64,000 bases of DNA from Patescibacteria group bacterium (GCA_023379265.1 JAMCUI010000007.1:82330-146329), one strand, 5' to 3'; counted from the stretch's first letter, positions 38,237 through 47,283 are shown. Made by a program: numbers and translations. The notes: generated by a model not told the origin, from the letters alone.

Positions 38237-40078
38237 ATGACCTTTGTTGCTAAGTCTGCCAAGTTTACTTCTCCTTCCGACGCAACTCATTGGGGCGGGT
38301 GTTTTCATGAAAACGGCTTGTTTATTATTCTTCATGTTACGGGAAACGAACCTGATCAGGCCGAAAATATTGACCTTTCCGCTACGTCATCAGAGTTAGC
38401 TGCCAACAGAGGAAAAGCAATATTAGATGATATTCTGAGCCGTTCAGTTGACATAAAAAGCTGGGATTTGAAATCTGTAGAAAGCATGCTTGAACCATAT
38501 AAGGAAAATAGTAAAGTGACTGCTGCGGCATTGGGCGTGTTGACGCCTGAGGGAATATTGTACCTATGTAGTACAGGACATGGCATTGTTTGGATGGAGA
38601 GAGAGTCTAAGGCGGGTAAAATTTTGGATAGCGGAATAAGTTCGTCAGGAATCATAAAAGATGGAGACAGATTGCTATTTATTTCAGACACGTTCAGTCA
38701 TATTTTTGATCACGATCTAAGAGAACAGATTTTTGACTCAACTGATCCGGATGAAGCAATAGAAATTGTGGCGGAAGCAATTCTTGATAAGCCTGAGATA
38801 TCGGGAATGTCGGCACTTTTTATAACAATTTCAGAGAATGCTGAGAAAAAGAGCGTACTAGATACGTTTTCAGTGATAAAAAGCAGCGGAAAAGAGAAAT
38901 TTGTCCATTATCTGAGTAATGTAAAAAATATATTCAGAGGAACGGAGGTTTCCGAGACTCATGAAGAGATAAAGTCAAAGAGAACCCTTTTAACTATAGC
39001 TGCAGTTTTAGTGATACTTCTTTTATCGAGTATTTTTTTGAATATTAACCACGCAGTCAATACTAAAAGGGAGGAAAATTATACACAGGTCATGGGTTTG
39101 GTTTCCCATCAGTATGATGAGGCTGTGAGCCTAATCGACTTGAACCCGACAAGATCAAGAGAACTTTTATCAAGCAGCAAATTAAGTCTCTCAGGCTTGC
39201 TTTCTCAATTTCCCAAAAACAGTAAGGAGTATAAAGACATAAACTCCTGGTTGGGGAAAGTATCAGAAGAGGAGATGGCAGCTTATAAAATATACAAACT
39301 TACTGATGTGTCTCCTTTTTATGACTTGACTCTTCTGAAGACCGGAGGGGATGGAAGTTACATTGCGGAATATAAGGATACGAAGGCAATTTTGGATATA
39401 TCAAATAAAGTGGTTTATACTCTTGTTACCTCAACAAAAAAAGGACAGATTGTTGCTGGGCCGGATACGGTAAAAGATGCAAAAACAATTGATGTACACG
39501 GAAATGACATATATATCTTAAACAGCGATGGGATTATTCAGGTGGACAGTCAAAGTGGTAACGCCCGTGTGATAATAAAACATGACGACAAATGGGGTAA
39601 TATCGTGTCGTTGGCTGCTTTCGGCGGAAATATTTATCTTCTTGATGTTACTCACAACACTATATGGAAATATATTGCCACAGACACAGGTTTTTCCCAG
39701 ATAGTTTCGTATTTGAATTCTGATACTAAAATAGATTTGTCAGGATCGACTAAAATGGTAATAGACGGTTCAGTCTGGGTTTTGGCTCCAGATAATTTAT
39801 TAAAATTTACAGGCGGACAGATAGCCCCATTTGCTTTTTCAGGCATTTCTGACAAGATTGAGAGTATAGCATCTGTATCGACTGGAGACGACCAGCAAAA
39901 TATTTATCTTCTGGATAAATCCCTTTCCCGGATAATGGTTTTTGACAAAACCGGTGTTTATCAGTCACAGTATCAGTGGGATGGTTTTAAGAATGCTTCA
40001 GATCTGGTTGTTTCCGAACAAGAAAAAAAGATTTTTGCCCTCGTCAGCAGCAAAATATACGCAATTGATATAAAATAA
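38237..40078 (+). CDS. Degenerate PP2C-like domain + TM + beta-propeller protein
   Basis: N-terminal GIIKDGDRLLFISD PP2C-fold remnant, TM near aa 250, C-terminal NHL-like repeats (NIYLLD, IDGSVWVL). Confidence 0.6.
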   Translation: MTFVAKSAKFTSPSDATHWGGCFHENGLFIILHVTGNEPDQAENIDLSATSSELAANRGKAILDDILSRSVDIKSWDLKSVESMLEPYKENSKVTAAALGVLTPEGILYLCSTGHGIVWMERESKAGKILDSGISSSGIIKDGDRLLFISDTFSHIFDHDLREQIFDSTDPDEAIEIVAEAILDKPEISGMSALFITISENAEKKSVLDTFSVIKSSGKEKFVHYLSNVKNIFRGTEVSETHEEIKSKRTLLTIAAVLVILLLSSIFLNINHAVNTKREENYTQVMGLVSHQYDEAVSLIDLNPTRSRELLSSSKLSLSGLLSQFPKNSKEYKDINSWLGKVSEEEMAAYKIYKLTDVSPFYDLTLLKTGGDGSYIAEYKDTKAILDISNKVVYTLVTSTKKGQIVAGPDTVKDAKTIDVHGNDIYILNSDGIIQVDSQSGNARVIIKHDDKWGNIVSLAAFGGNIYLLDVTHNTIWKYIATDTGFSQIVSYLNSDTKIDLSGSTKMVIDGSVWVLAPDNLLKFTGGQIAPFAFSGISDKIESIASVSTGDDQQNIYLLDKSLSRIMVFDKTGVYQSQYQWDGFKNASDLVVSEQEKKIFALVSSKIYAIDIK

Positions 40079-40115
40079 TCTCTGCAGTAATTCCCTTTAC
40101 GTTTCAATTTGAATT

Positions 40116-40559
40116 ATGAAAATTATAAACAGGCGTGCTTATCATGATTATCAGATTTTGGAGACCTTTGAAGCAGGTATACATCTTTTGGGAGCTGAAG
40201 TGAAATCAGTTAAAGGAGGCAAGATGTCTCTTGAAGGATCATTTGTCAGAGTGGTGGGAAGCGAAATATACCTGGTAAATGCTGAGATATACCCTTATCC
40301 TTATGCACGTCCTGAGGGTTATGAGTCTAGAAGGACAAGAAAACTTCTTTTACATAAAAAAGAAATCATTTCTCTCAAGACAAAACTAGCTGGGGCTAAA
40401 TTGACCCTTGTGCCTTTGGAGTGCTATAATACACATGGTTTAGTGAAGCTGAAAATTGGTCTTGCCAGGGGTAGAAGGGAGTATGAGAAGAGGGAAAAGA
40501 TAAAGAAAAGGGATACGGAAAGAGATATTTCAAGAATGATGAGGGGAAAGATAAGATAA
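40116..40559 (+). CDS. smpB: SsrA-binding protein
   Basis: NRRAYHDY, EAGIHLLGAEVKS, RTRKLLLHKKEI, GLARG. Confidence 0.97.
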   Translation: MKIINRRAYHDYQILETFEAGIHLLGAEVKSVKGGKMSLEGSFVRVVGSEIYLVNAEIYPYPYARPEGYESRRTRKLLLHKKEIISLKTKLAGAKLTLVPLECYNTHGLVKLKIGLARGRREYEKREKIKKRDTERDISRMMRGKIR

Positions 40560-40560
40560 T

Positions 40561-40994
40561 GGGGATGATTGGTTCGACGGGAAAGCACCTTAAAAACTGC
40601 AAGCCTGAGAGATTGTCTCAGTTAAAACAATCAAAAAACAACTGTCAATAAAAGCGACAGAATTGAAGCACTTAAGAGAGAGCGGGATGCAATTCTTGCT
40701 CAGCTCGGCGAGCTGTTTCAACCGAAGTTCGCGCGATTATACGCGTAATTTCGGCATCTGCAGAGCTCTTTTTCCGGTGGGAGTCTGCAGGTGTAAATAC
40801 AGCCGGGATGCATTTTCTATCCTGACAACGTAGGAAATAAAGACTTTGTCTTACTTTTTCTGATTATTGTCTGCTGAGATATCGGGGAAAGGAAATTTTT
40901 CCGGGGCGAAAGCCACGGAAAAAAACAACAGACTAAGCTTGTAGAAGTTTTTATGATGTTTTTTCGGACTCCGCGTCACCCGCGGACATCTCCA
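40561..40994 (+). ncRNA. ssrA: tmRNA
   Basis: 5' GGGGATG..GGTTCGAC pairs with 3' CATCTCC-A including G3:U70; tag ORF at 40644-40748; starts 1 nt after smpB; CCA not encoded. Confidence 0.93.
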
Positions 40995-40999
40995 CATAT

Positions 41000-41040
41000 A
41001 AAATCTCCACTTTTTTATGGTGGAGATTTTTGTGTTTTTG
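41000..41040 (+). terminator. Intrinsic terminator after ssrA
   Basis: AAAATCTCCAC-loop-GTGGAGATTTT followed by a T-rich run. Confidence 0.7.
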
Positions 41041-41075
41041 CGTACATACTTTACCGAGAGAAAAAATTAGAATAA

Positions 41076-41750
41076 TTGGCAGTGAATATTTTTGATCTAA
41101 TATTTCCCAAAAGGTGTGTTTCTTGCGGAATATTGGGAAAATATTTCTGCACGAGATGTATTTCTAAGATTGAGTTTATTGACAGACAGATTTGTCCGGT
41201 GTGTACTAAACCTGCAATTGACGGAGCTACGCATCCCGTTTGTAAAACCAAATACGGGATTGACGGCATGTATGCAGCAGCTCATTTCCGCGGACCTGTA
41301 AAACGCGCCATTCACCTTTTGAAATATCAACTAGTTAGTGATATGGCACAACCATTGGTCCATTTATTATTTGGTAAGTATCCCTCTTTTTTGACAAATT
41401 TTGATTATCTTATTCCCGTTCCGTTGCATAATAAAAGAGAGAAAGAACGGGGATTTAATCAAAGTTATATCATCTCACGGTTGCTTTCCACTAAATTAAA
41501 CTTAAAGATATTGAATAATGCATTGAGAAGGGTGATTTATACGCTGCCTCAAGCGGAATTAAAAGAAAAGGAAAGATTTCAGAATATCAAAGGGGCATTT
41601 TATTGCGATGAATATAAAAAATTAAAAGGGAAAGCTGTTATAGTAGTCGATGACGTGTCGACTACCAGATCTACTCTTTTAGAATGTGCAAAAGTACTAA
41701 AACATGCTGGAGTAAAAATTGTTTGGGGAATAGTTCTGGCACATGGATAA
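41076..41750 (+). CDS. comF: ComF family protein (Zn finger + phosphoribosyltransferase domain)
   Basis: FPKRCVSCG, CPVC, PVPLH..R..ERGFNQS, VDDVSTT. Confidence 0.92.
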   Translation: MAVNIFDLIFPKRCVSCGILGKYFCTRCISKIEFIDRQICPVCTKPAIDGATHPVCKTKYGIDGMYAAAHFRGPVKRAIHLLKYQLVSDMAQPLVHLLFGKYPSFLTNFDYLIPVPLHNKREKERGFNQSYIISRLLSTKLNLKILNNALRRVIYTLPQAELKEKERFQNIKGAFYCDEYKKLKGKAVIVVDDVSTTRSTLLECAKVLKHAGVKIVWGIVLAHG

Positions 41751-41793
41751 GTGAATAAAACGATCATATTTGTTATAATCTGGTGAACCAACA

Positions 41794-41883
41794 GGAGGGA
41801 TCGCATAGTTGGTCCATTGCGAGGGTTTGCTAAACCCTTGAGTCGAAAGACTCGCGTGGGTTCGAATCCCACTCCCTCCGCCA
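41794..41883 (+). tRNA. tRNA-Ser(GCT)
   Basis: GGAGGGA/TCCCTCC acceptor stem, AGGGT-TTGCTAA-ACCCT anticodon arm, long variable arm, GGTTCGAATCC, encoded CCA. Confidence 0.96.
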
Positions 41884-41951
41884 CGTAAAAATTGCTTCGC
41901 AATTTCAACGTTCCTGGGACGTTGAAATTTTCCTAAGAAAACTTTTTACGT
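41883..41951. repeat. Nested palindromic (REP-like) element directly after tRNA-Ser(GCT)
   Basis: ACGTAAAAA...TTTTTACGT enclosing AATTTCAACGT-TCCTGGG-ACGTTGAAATT and an AATTGC-TTC-GCAATT hairpin. Confidence 0.6.
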
Positions 41952-42168
41952 TCCGGTTCAGGAAGAGCATTTTTGAAAAGACACATTTTTACTCATTCCT
42001 TCAGAATTTAGCCAGAAATTTCAGAGTTTTTTAGTGGGTTTATTCAAAACGTCATAGGTGAGATTGAATTAAGAATTGTAATGCTCTTTATATCAATAAT
42101 TTTGGTTAGTGAGAAGAGCTGTATTAAATCAGAAAATAATAATAGGAATTAAAGAATTAATGGTGGAT

Positions 42169-42678
42169 TTACGAGATTTTTCCCGGAGTTGTTGGAATAC
42201 TTTGAGGCGGAGTCATCGCTAATTGTTTAACAATTAAATCCATTGATCTTTGCGCGCCAATCAAAGATGGGAATAAATCTTTTCTTTTCACCATTCTCTC
42301 CATTGATCTTGTGGTTGCTGCATCTCTCGAGTTAGGAGTTTGATCAACAAAATGTATTGCTGTATCTTGTATATCATCAAGAATAACATTATGATCCTGC
42401 GACATGGTGATAGTTGCTACTTGTTTGGCTAAAGAACCATCTTTACGTGCGCTTAATACTCTGGATGCAATTACATAAATTGCACGATCTCGTATTATTT
42501 CCTGACTTGAAGTTAAATCAACTTTAAATTCATTATTTAATGCTAAATCAGATATGAGATGAGCGATCTGTTCCGATTCAGTAAGTTGACTAATATCCTG
42601 AACTTGGTCTTTCCTTTTTAAGTGAATAAAAGTTTCTAAAACTTTTAGTTGTTCAGCAGACAGTTCGTTATTTGCCAT
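42169..42678 (-). CDS. Hypothetical protein
   Basis: 169-aa ORF with an upstream TATAAT; no motif recognised. Confidence 0.6.
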   Translation of the reverse strand: MANNELSAEQLKVLETFIHLKRKDQVQDISQLTESEQIAHLISDLALNNEFKVDLTSSQEIIRDRAIYVIASRVLSARKDGSLAKQVATITMSQDHNVILDDIQDTAIHFVDQTPNSRDAATTRSMERMVKRKDLFPSLIGAQRSMDLIVKQLAMTPPQSIPTTPGKIS

Positions 42679-42889
42679 ATATAGCTATCTAATTATACAT
42701 TGGTTTTAATTTAAAAGATAATTAATGATATTAAGTCAATACTATATTTTTTACACTAGGAACTTAAAACTTGTGTAATCGATAAATTCTGTTATAGAGG
42801 TTGTTCGAAATCTGTTCCATTCTACCCGCCCAAGTTATTGGATTCATGTAAAATCTCCCTTTTAACTCCTGGTATAATTTAAGAGCTAT

Positions 42890-43387
42890 ATGGTAATAAA
42901 GAAATTCAGTATTAGACGAGCGACGATAGATGATTTAGATGATGTTTTAGTTGTGGAAAAGAGTGCTTTTCCTCCACATAGGCAGGGAACTAGAGAAACA
43001 TTTGAAACTAGATTGTCATTATATCCAAAAGGGTTTTTTGTTGTTGAGGTCGACGGAATAATTAGAGGATTTTCAACGGCATTGATTATCAATAATATTA
43101 TCTCTGTAGATAAATTAGATATTCCTGATAATAAATTACATAATTTACAAGGTGACGTTTATGAATTAAGAAGTTTAGCTATAGTTAAAGAATTTCAACT
43201 TAGGGGATTAGGAAAACAATTAGTCAACAAACAGCTTCAAAATGCAATCTATTTTAAAAAGAAATATTGTAGATTTACCGCTTCACAGGACGTTTCACGA
43301 TTTTATGAGAAATTAGGATTTAAACAAATAACTCCATATATTAACTTCCATCACGCTAAACAGGCTTTATGGGAGAGAATACTTTAA
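42890..43387 (+). CDS. GNAT acetyltransferase
   Basis: IRRATIDDL, LAIVKEFQLRGLGKQL, FYEKLGF. Confidence 0.9.
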   Translation: MVIKKFSIRRATIDDLDDVLVVEKSAFPPHRQGTRETFETRLSLYPKGFFVVEVDGIIRGFSTALIINNIISVDKLDIPDNKLHNLQGDVYELRSLAIVKEFQLRGLGKQLVNKQLQNAIYFKKKYCRFTASQDVSRFYEKLGFKQITPYINFHHAKQALWERIL

Positions 43388-43415
43388 TAATGTTTTGCGC
43401 TAAGAGTCTCTTGTG

Positions 43416-43444
43416 GTAAGTTCCGACATGGTCAACCAGCCGCC
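43416..43444 (+). repeat. Diverged copy of the cassette-boundary site
   Basis: GTAAGTTCCGACATGGTCAAC..CCGCC; about 15/21 match to GTAGGTTCTAACACTGTAAAC; about 30 bp after the GNAT stop. Confidence 0.4.
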
Positions 43445-43538
43445 AGATTTAATATAGAACTCTACGAGTTTATAAATACCTACTTGTAATATATCTCACA
43501 AACAGATAATCTACATACTTGTAAGGAGCAATAAAAGT

Positions 43539-44507
43539 ATGCCCAAAAAGCGAGGTAAAAAAATTATTGACGTTACCGTCCGGCCGACAAACGCCGCCGA
43601 TTTGGACACTGCTGACAAAGTTATCCGTCTGGCTTTTGGGACTCTCTTTGGGATGCCAGACCCCATGCAGTTTTTAGGCGATGGAGATCTCGCTCACACC
43701 CGTTTTAAGACTGACCCAGCGGGCATACTCTCTGCAGAAATTGACGGTCAACTAGTCGGAACCAGTTTTGCGACCCGTTGGGGCAGCGTCGCTTTCATTG
43801 GTCCCCTCACAATCCATCCGGACTACTGGAACAGGGGTATCGGTCAGAAGCTGATGGATCAAACAATGGAGATTTTAAGGAAATGGAATGTTTCTCTGGC
43901 GGGATTGTTTACTCTTCCTGACAGCCCCATGCACATACATCTTTATGAGAAGTACGGTTTCCGAAAACAAGAGTTGTCACCCCTTGTTTCAAAAGCAGTC
44001 ACTTCCCACGAAAATAAATCGGAATATAAGTCCTACTCCCGACTATCTCCTGGTGAACAAAAAAAGATACTCACTCAATGTAAAGAATTGACTGACAGAA
44101 TATATCCCGGACTGGATCTGACAAAAGAGATCATTTCTGTAAACTCACAAAAAATTGGAGACATGGTACTTGTTTCAGAAAATGAGAAGCTTATGGGTAT
44201 GGCTGTTTGCCATTTCGGGGCTGGTAGTGAGGGCGGAAGCGGTGTGAATTATATTAAGTTCGCAGCTATAAGACCGGATCCTAAAGCTGCTGAGTATTTT
44301 GAGAAGCTGCTTGATGCGATTGAATCTTTTGCGTCAGGGAAAAATCTCGTGAGCATCATGTTTGGAATTAACACGATTAATAAAGATGCCTTTGAAAGAG
44401 TGCAGAAACGCGGCTATACCCACGACTTTGCCGGAGTCATTATGCAATTGCATAATGTTCGTGGTTACAGGAGTTCGGATCTTTTTGTTTTGGATGACTG
44501 GAGGTAA
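43539..44507 (+). CDS. Two-domain GNAT acetyltransferase
   Basis: GPLTIHPDYWNRGIGQKLM, LYEKYGF; second GNAT-like half; higher GC than its flanks. Confidence 0.88.
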   Translation: MPKKRGKKIIDVTVRPTNAADLDTADKVIRLAFGTLFGMPDPMQFLGDGDLAHTRFKTDPAGILSAEIDGQLVGTSFATRWGSVAFIGPLTIHPDYWNRGIGQKLMDQTMEILRKWNVSLAGLFTLPDSPMHIHLYEKYGFRKQELSPLVSKAVTSHENKSEYKSYSRLSPGEQKKILTQCKELTDRIYPGLDLTKEIISVNSQKIGDMVLVSENEKLMGMAVCHFGAGSEGGSGVNYIKFAAIRPDPKAAEYFEKLLDAIESFASGKNLVSIMFGINTINKDAFERVQKRGYTHDFAGVIMQLHNVRGYRSSDLFVLDDWR

Positions 44508-44549
44508 GGGAAGATGTTTCTAAAGGTAAGAGTGATGTTAGTTTAAGGA

Positions 44550-44586
44550 AGCAAAACAGGTTTTAACACTGTAAACGGTGCCCCGC
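44550..44586 (+). repeat. 37-bp cassette-boundary site, copy 1
   Basis: AGCAAAACAGGTTTTAACACTGTAAACGGTGCCCCGC. Confidence 0.85.
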
Positions 44587-44653
44587 AATCGAAAATTATC
44601 CTCGGAATTAAATAGAGAAGATACCATCTTTGGATTTTAGTATAATAAGCCTA

Positions 44654-45000
44654 ATGAATGTCCGGTTTGCCATGCCAAAAGACAAAGCTAAAATCCTTAA
44701 TCTATTTGATGAGTTTAGTATTTTTATGGACGCTACAGATATACCCTCAAAAGTTGGCGGGGAAATATTTGATGAAATTATTAATAGAGGGGACATATTG
44801 AGGACCTTTTCATCACAAGTAACTCACGTGGTCGTGGTGTAGGAACATTTCTCTTAAATTCGATTAAGGACTGCTGTCGAAAAAATGATATAAAGGTTAT
44901 AAAATTAGATAGCGGAAATAACCTTGTAAGTGCCCATCATTTTTATGAGAAGAATGGTGGAAAGACTACGGAAAGGTTTTTCAGATTTGATATTGATTAA
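44654..45000 (+). pseudogene. GNAT acetyltransferase pseudogene (internal deletion/frameshift)
   Basis: MNVRFA..INRGD in one frame; GHIEDLFITSNSRGRGVGTFLL...AHHFYEKNGG..FRFDID* continues in another frame from about 44790; the central beta strands are missing. Confidence 0.8.
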
Positions 45001-45088
45001 AGGTTAATATACTTTTTGCAGATATAGACTAATCGGCATGATTTACATATAATGATGGCAGTAGATATAATTGATATTAATATTACTT

Positions 45089-45625
45089 ATGACTACTCCT
45101 GCCGACCAGAAAAAAATTTCTCTTGACCAGCCTGACCTGAATGAAATCCTCCTTTCCTGGAAAAGTCCCTCACACCCGTTTAAGAAGCGAAACAGGATAT
45201 TTTACCAAACTGTTGCGGCAATTACTTTCCTTTTAGTGGTAATAGTATTTTTCCTTCACGAATTTATGCTCATGGGAGTTATACTTTCCATTGCTTTTCT
45301 GGTTTATGTACTGTCGACAGTGCCACCAATAGAAGTAGAACACAAAGTGACACCGATAGGTTTTGAAAATGCCGGCAGGCTCTTCCGCTGGATTGAGCTT
45401 GCGGCCTTTTGGTTTGAGGAAAAATGGGGATACAGGACTCTAGTAGTACAAACTAGAATTCCATTTCCTGTTCAGGTGCGCGCAGTAATGGGAAAAGATT
45501 TGTCAAAAGATAAAATTAAGGAAGTTATAGGGAAATACCTTTTGTATATGGAAAAACCGCAAAAGACCTGGACTGATAATTTTTCCGACTGGCTCAACCA
45601 AAAAATCCCTCTGGAAAACTCTTGA
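45089..45625 (+). CDS. Conserved CPR-type two-TM protein with a PH-like C-terminus
   Basis: LLSWKSPSHPFKKR, two TMs, FRWIELAAFWF. Confidence 0.7.
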   Translation: MTTPADQKKISLDQPDLNEILLSWKSPSHPFKKRNRIFYQTVAAITFLLVVIVFFLHEFMLMGVILSIAFLVYVLSTVPPIEVEHKVTPIGFENAGRLFRWIELAAFWFEEKWGYRTLVVQTRIPFPVQVRAVMGKDLSKDKIKEVIGKYLLYMEKPQKTWTDNFSDWLNQKIPLENS

Positions 45626-45758
45626 TCTGCCTTAAAATTTCTCAATTCACAATTTTTATATAAAGAGTAATTAATGATATAATTTATCGCTCGGAGAAAA
45701 GATATATTGATGATTTTGGGATATTTCTAAAGAGAGAATATAATAGTTTTAGACCTTT

Positions 45759-45830
45759 GTCCCCGTAGCTTAACGGATAGAGCGCGGCCCTGCGGAGGCT
45801 GATATATGAGTTCAATTCTCATCGGGGACG
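45759..45830 (+). tRNA. tRNA-Arg(GCG)
   Basis: GTCCCCG/CGGGGAC acceptor stem, CGGCC-CTGCGGA-GGCTG anticodon arm, ATGAG-TTCAATT-CTCAT T arm. Confidence 0.92.
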
Positions 45831-45962
45831 CAGAACAAAATTTGATGATTTTTTCTGCATAATCGTACTATTATTTTGATTTATCCGGAAAATTTCATGA
45901 GAAATTATTAGGGAGTTATGGAGGAAGCGGTTAACTAGTGGGTCTCGAACCAAGTAATTGGC

Positions 45963-46052
45963 GGTGGGGTGTCAGAGAGGTCTATTGGCCAGGTCTCGAA
46001 AACCTTGGGGGTCGTAAGGCCCACGCGAGTTCGAATCTCGCCCCCACCGCCA
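45963..46052 (+). tRNA. tRNA-Ser(CGA)
   Basis: GGTGGGG/CCCCACC acceptor stem, AGGT-CTCGAAA-ACCT anticodon arm, long variable arm, GCGAG-TTCGAAT-CTCGC, CCA. Confidence 0.9.
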
Positions 46053-46061
46053 ATTATTGGA

Positions 46062-46083
46062 CGAATCTCGCCCCCACCGCCAA
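46062..46083 (+). repeat. Direct duplication of the tRNA-Ser(CGA) 3' end
   Basis: CGAATCTCGCCCCCACCGCCAA at both 46032-46053 and 46062-46083. Confidence 0.9.
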
Positions 46084-46103
46084 AAATAATTTTCAAAACA
46101 ATT

Positions 46104-46550
46104 ATGACCAGAGAATTTTCAGCCGGGGGAATAGTCTTCAAAAAACAAAGAATAATAAACAATAAACAAAAGCTTGTTTGGCTGGTTGCACAGCATAGTC
46201 AGCATAAGGGTTGGGTTTTTCCAAAAGGACTAATTGGTGATCATATAAAAGGTGAGTCCAGCAGCGATACTGCTTTGAGGGAAGTAGAGGAGGAAACAGG
46301 AGTAAAGGGTAGGATTTTGGAAAAGCTGAAAAAACCCGCTACTTATTTTTATATCTGGCAGGGGGATAAAAGATTCAAGACTGTATATTATTTCCTGATG
46401 GAATATGAGAGTGGAGATATAGAGAAACACGATTTTGAGATGTCGGCTGTCGAGTGGTTGCTGACTGAGGAAGTGGAAAAACGCCTGAGTTACAAATCTG
46501 ATAAACTGGCTTTTCAGGAAGCATTGAAGATAATGAAGAATTATGAATAA
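46104..46550 (+). CDS. NUDIX hydrolase (Ap4A hydrolase-like)
   Basis: FSAGGIVF, WVFPKG, GE....TALREVEEETG Nudix box; true start MTREF. Confidence 0.92.
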   Translation: MTREFSAGGIVFKKQRIINNKQKLVWLVAQHSQHKGWVFPKGLIGDHIKGESSSDTALREVEEETGVKGRILEKLKKPATYFYIWQGDKRFKTVYYFLMEYESGDIEKHDFEMSAVEWLLTEEVEKRLSYKSDKLAFQEALKIMKNYE

Positions 46551-46585
46551 TGAATTAATGAGGAAGACTTCCTGATTCAAGTTTT

Positions 46586-46657
46586 GCTCTTGTAGCTTAA
46601 CGGATAGAGCGCGGCCCTCCGGAGGCTGATATGCGAGTTCAATTCTCGCCAAGAGCG
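46586..46657 (+). tRNA. tRNA-Arg(CCG)
   Basis: GCTCTTG/CAAGAGC acceptor stem, CGGCC-CTCCGGA-GGCTG anticodon arm, GCGAG-TTCAATT-CTCGC T arm. Confidence 0.92.
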
Positions 46658-46701
46658 CAGTAAAATTGCTCACGATTTTACTGCGTAAACACCGACAATG
46701 T

Positions 46702-47268
46702 ATGAAAAATAAAATTTCTGATTTTATTTTTGAAGCTTCTACCTTAAAAAGTCTTAAGAGAACCGGCTGGCAGATATTGGGAGGAAATAAGGAATCTATT
46801 GCTGAGCATTCATTTATGGCTGCTGTGATAGCTTATACTCTTGCAGCACAAATCGGAGCAAATAAAGAGAAAACGGTTCTAATGGCTCTTTTCCATGATT
46901 TAGGTGAAGCGCGGACAGGAGATGTGTACAAGCTGGCCGATTTATATGTCTCAGCAGACAATGTAAAAGCCACGAAAGACGCTTTGGCAAAATTGCCTGA
47001 TTCTGGTACAATTGAAAAACTTTTTTCCGAATACGAAGAAGAGAAAACCCTGGAATCAAAAATCGTCCATGATGCGGATACTCTGGCCCTTGTTGTCGAG
47101 CTGAAAAAGATGATGGAGAATGGTAACGAAAATGCAAAGGAGTGGTTTGAGGCAAACTATAAATGTTTACGCTTGGATATTTCAAAAGAAGTGTTTAAGG
47201 AAATAAAAGAAGGCAATAGCCAGGATTGGTGGAAAAAGGAAAGAAAAAAGATTCACGACAGTTTTTGA
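46702..47268 (+). CDS. HD-domain 5'-deoxynucleotidase (YfbR/HDDC2-like)
   Basis: LK.L.RTGW, ESIAEHSF, ALFHDLGEARTGD, VHDAD. Confidence 0.9.
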   Translation: MKNKISDFIFEASTLKSLKRTGWQILGGNKESIAEHSFMAAVIAYTLAAQIGANKEKTVLMALFHDLGEARTGDVYKLADLYVSADNVKATKDALAKLPDSGTIEKLFSEYEEEKTLESKIVHDADTLALVVELKKMMENGNENAKEWFEANYKCLRLDISKEVFKEIKEGNSQDWWKKERKKIHDSF

Positions 47269-47283
47269 TTCTTGATGTTTTTA

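Noticed and set aside
41600-41908. 102-aa minus-strand ORF (AEGVGFEPT)
   Set aside because: Antisense shadow of tRNA-Ser(GCT) and comF; the ORFs at 46230..46673 and 47226..47561 similarly overlap tRNA genes.
45935-46165. ORFs 45935..46162, 45938..46165 and the N-terminal extension of the NUDIX ORF (RISPPPP repeat)
   Set aside because: Translations of tRNA-Ser(CGA) and its duplicated 3' end.
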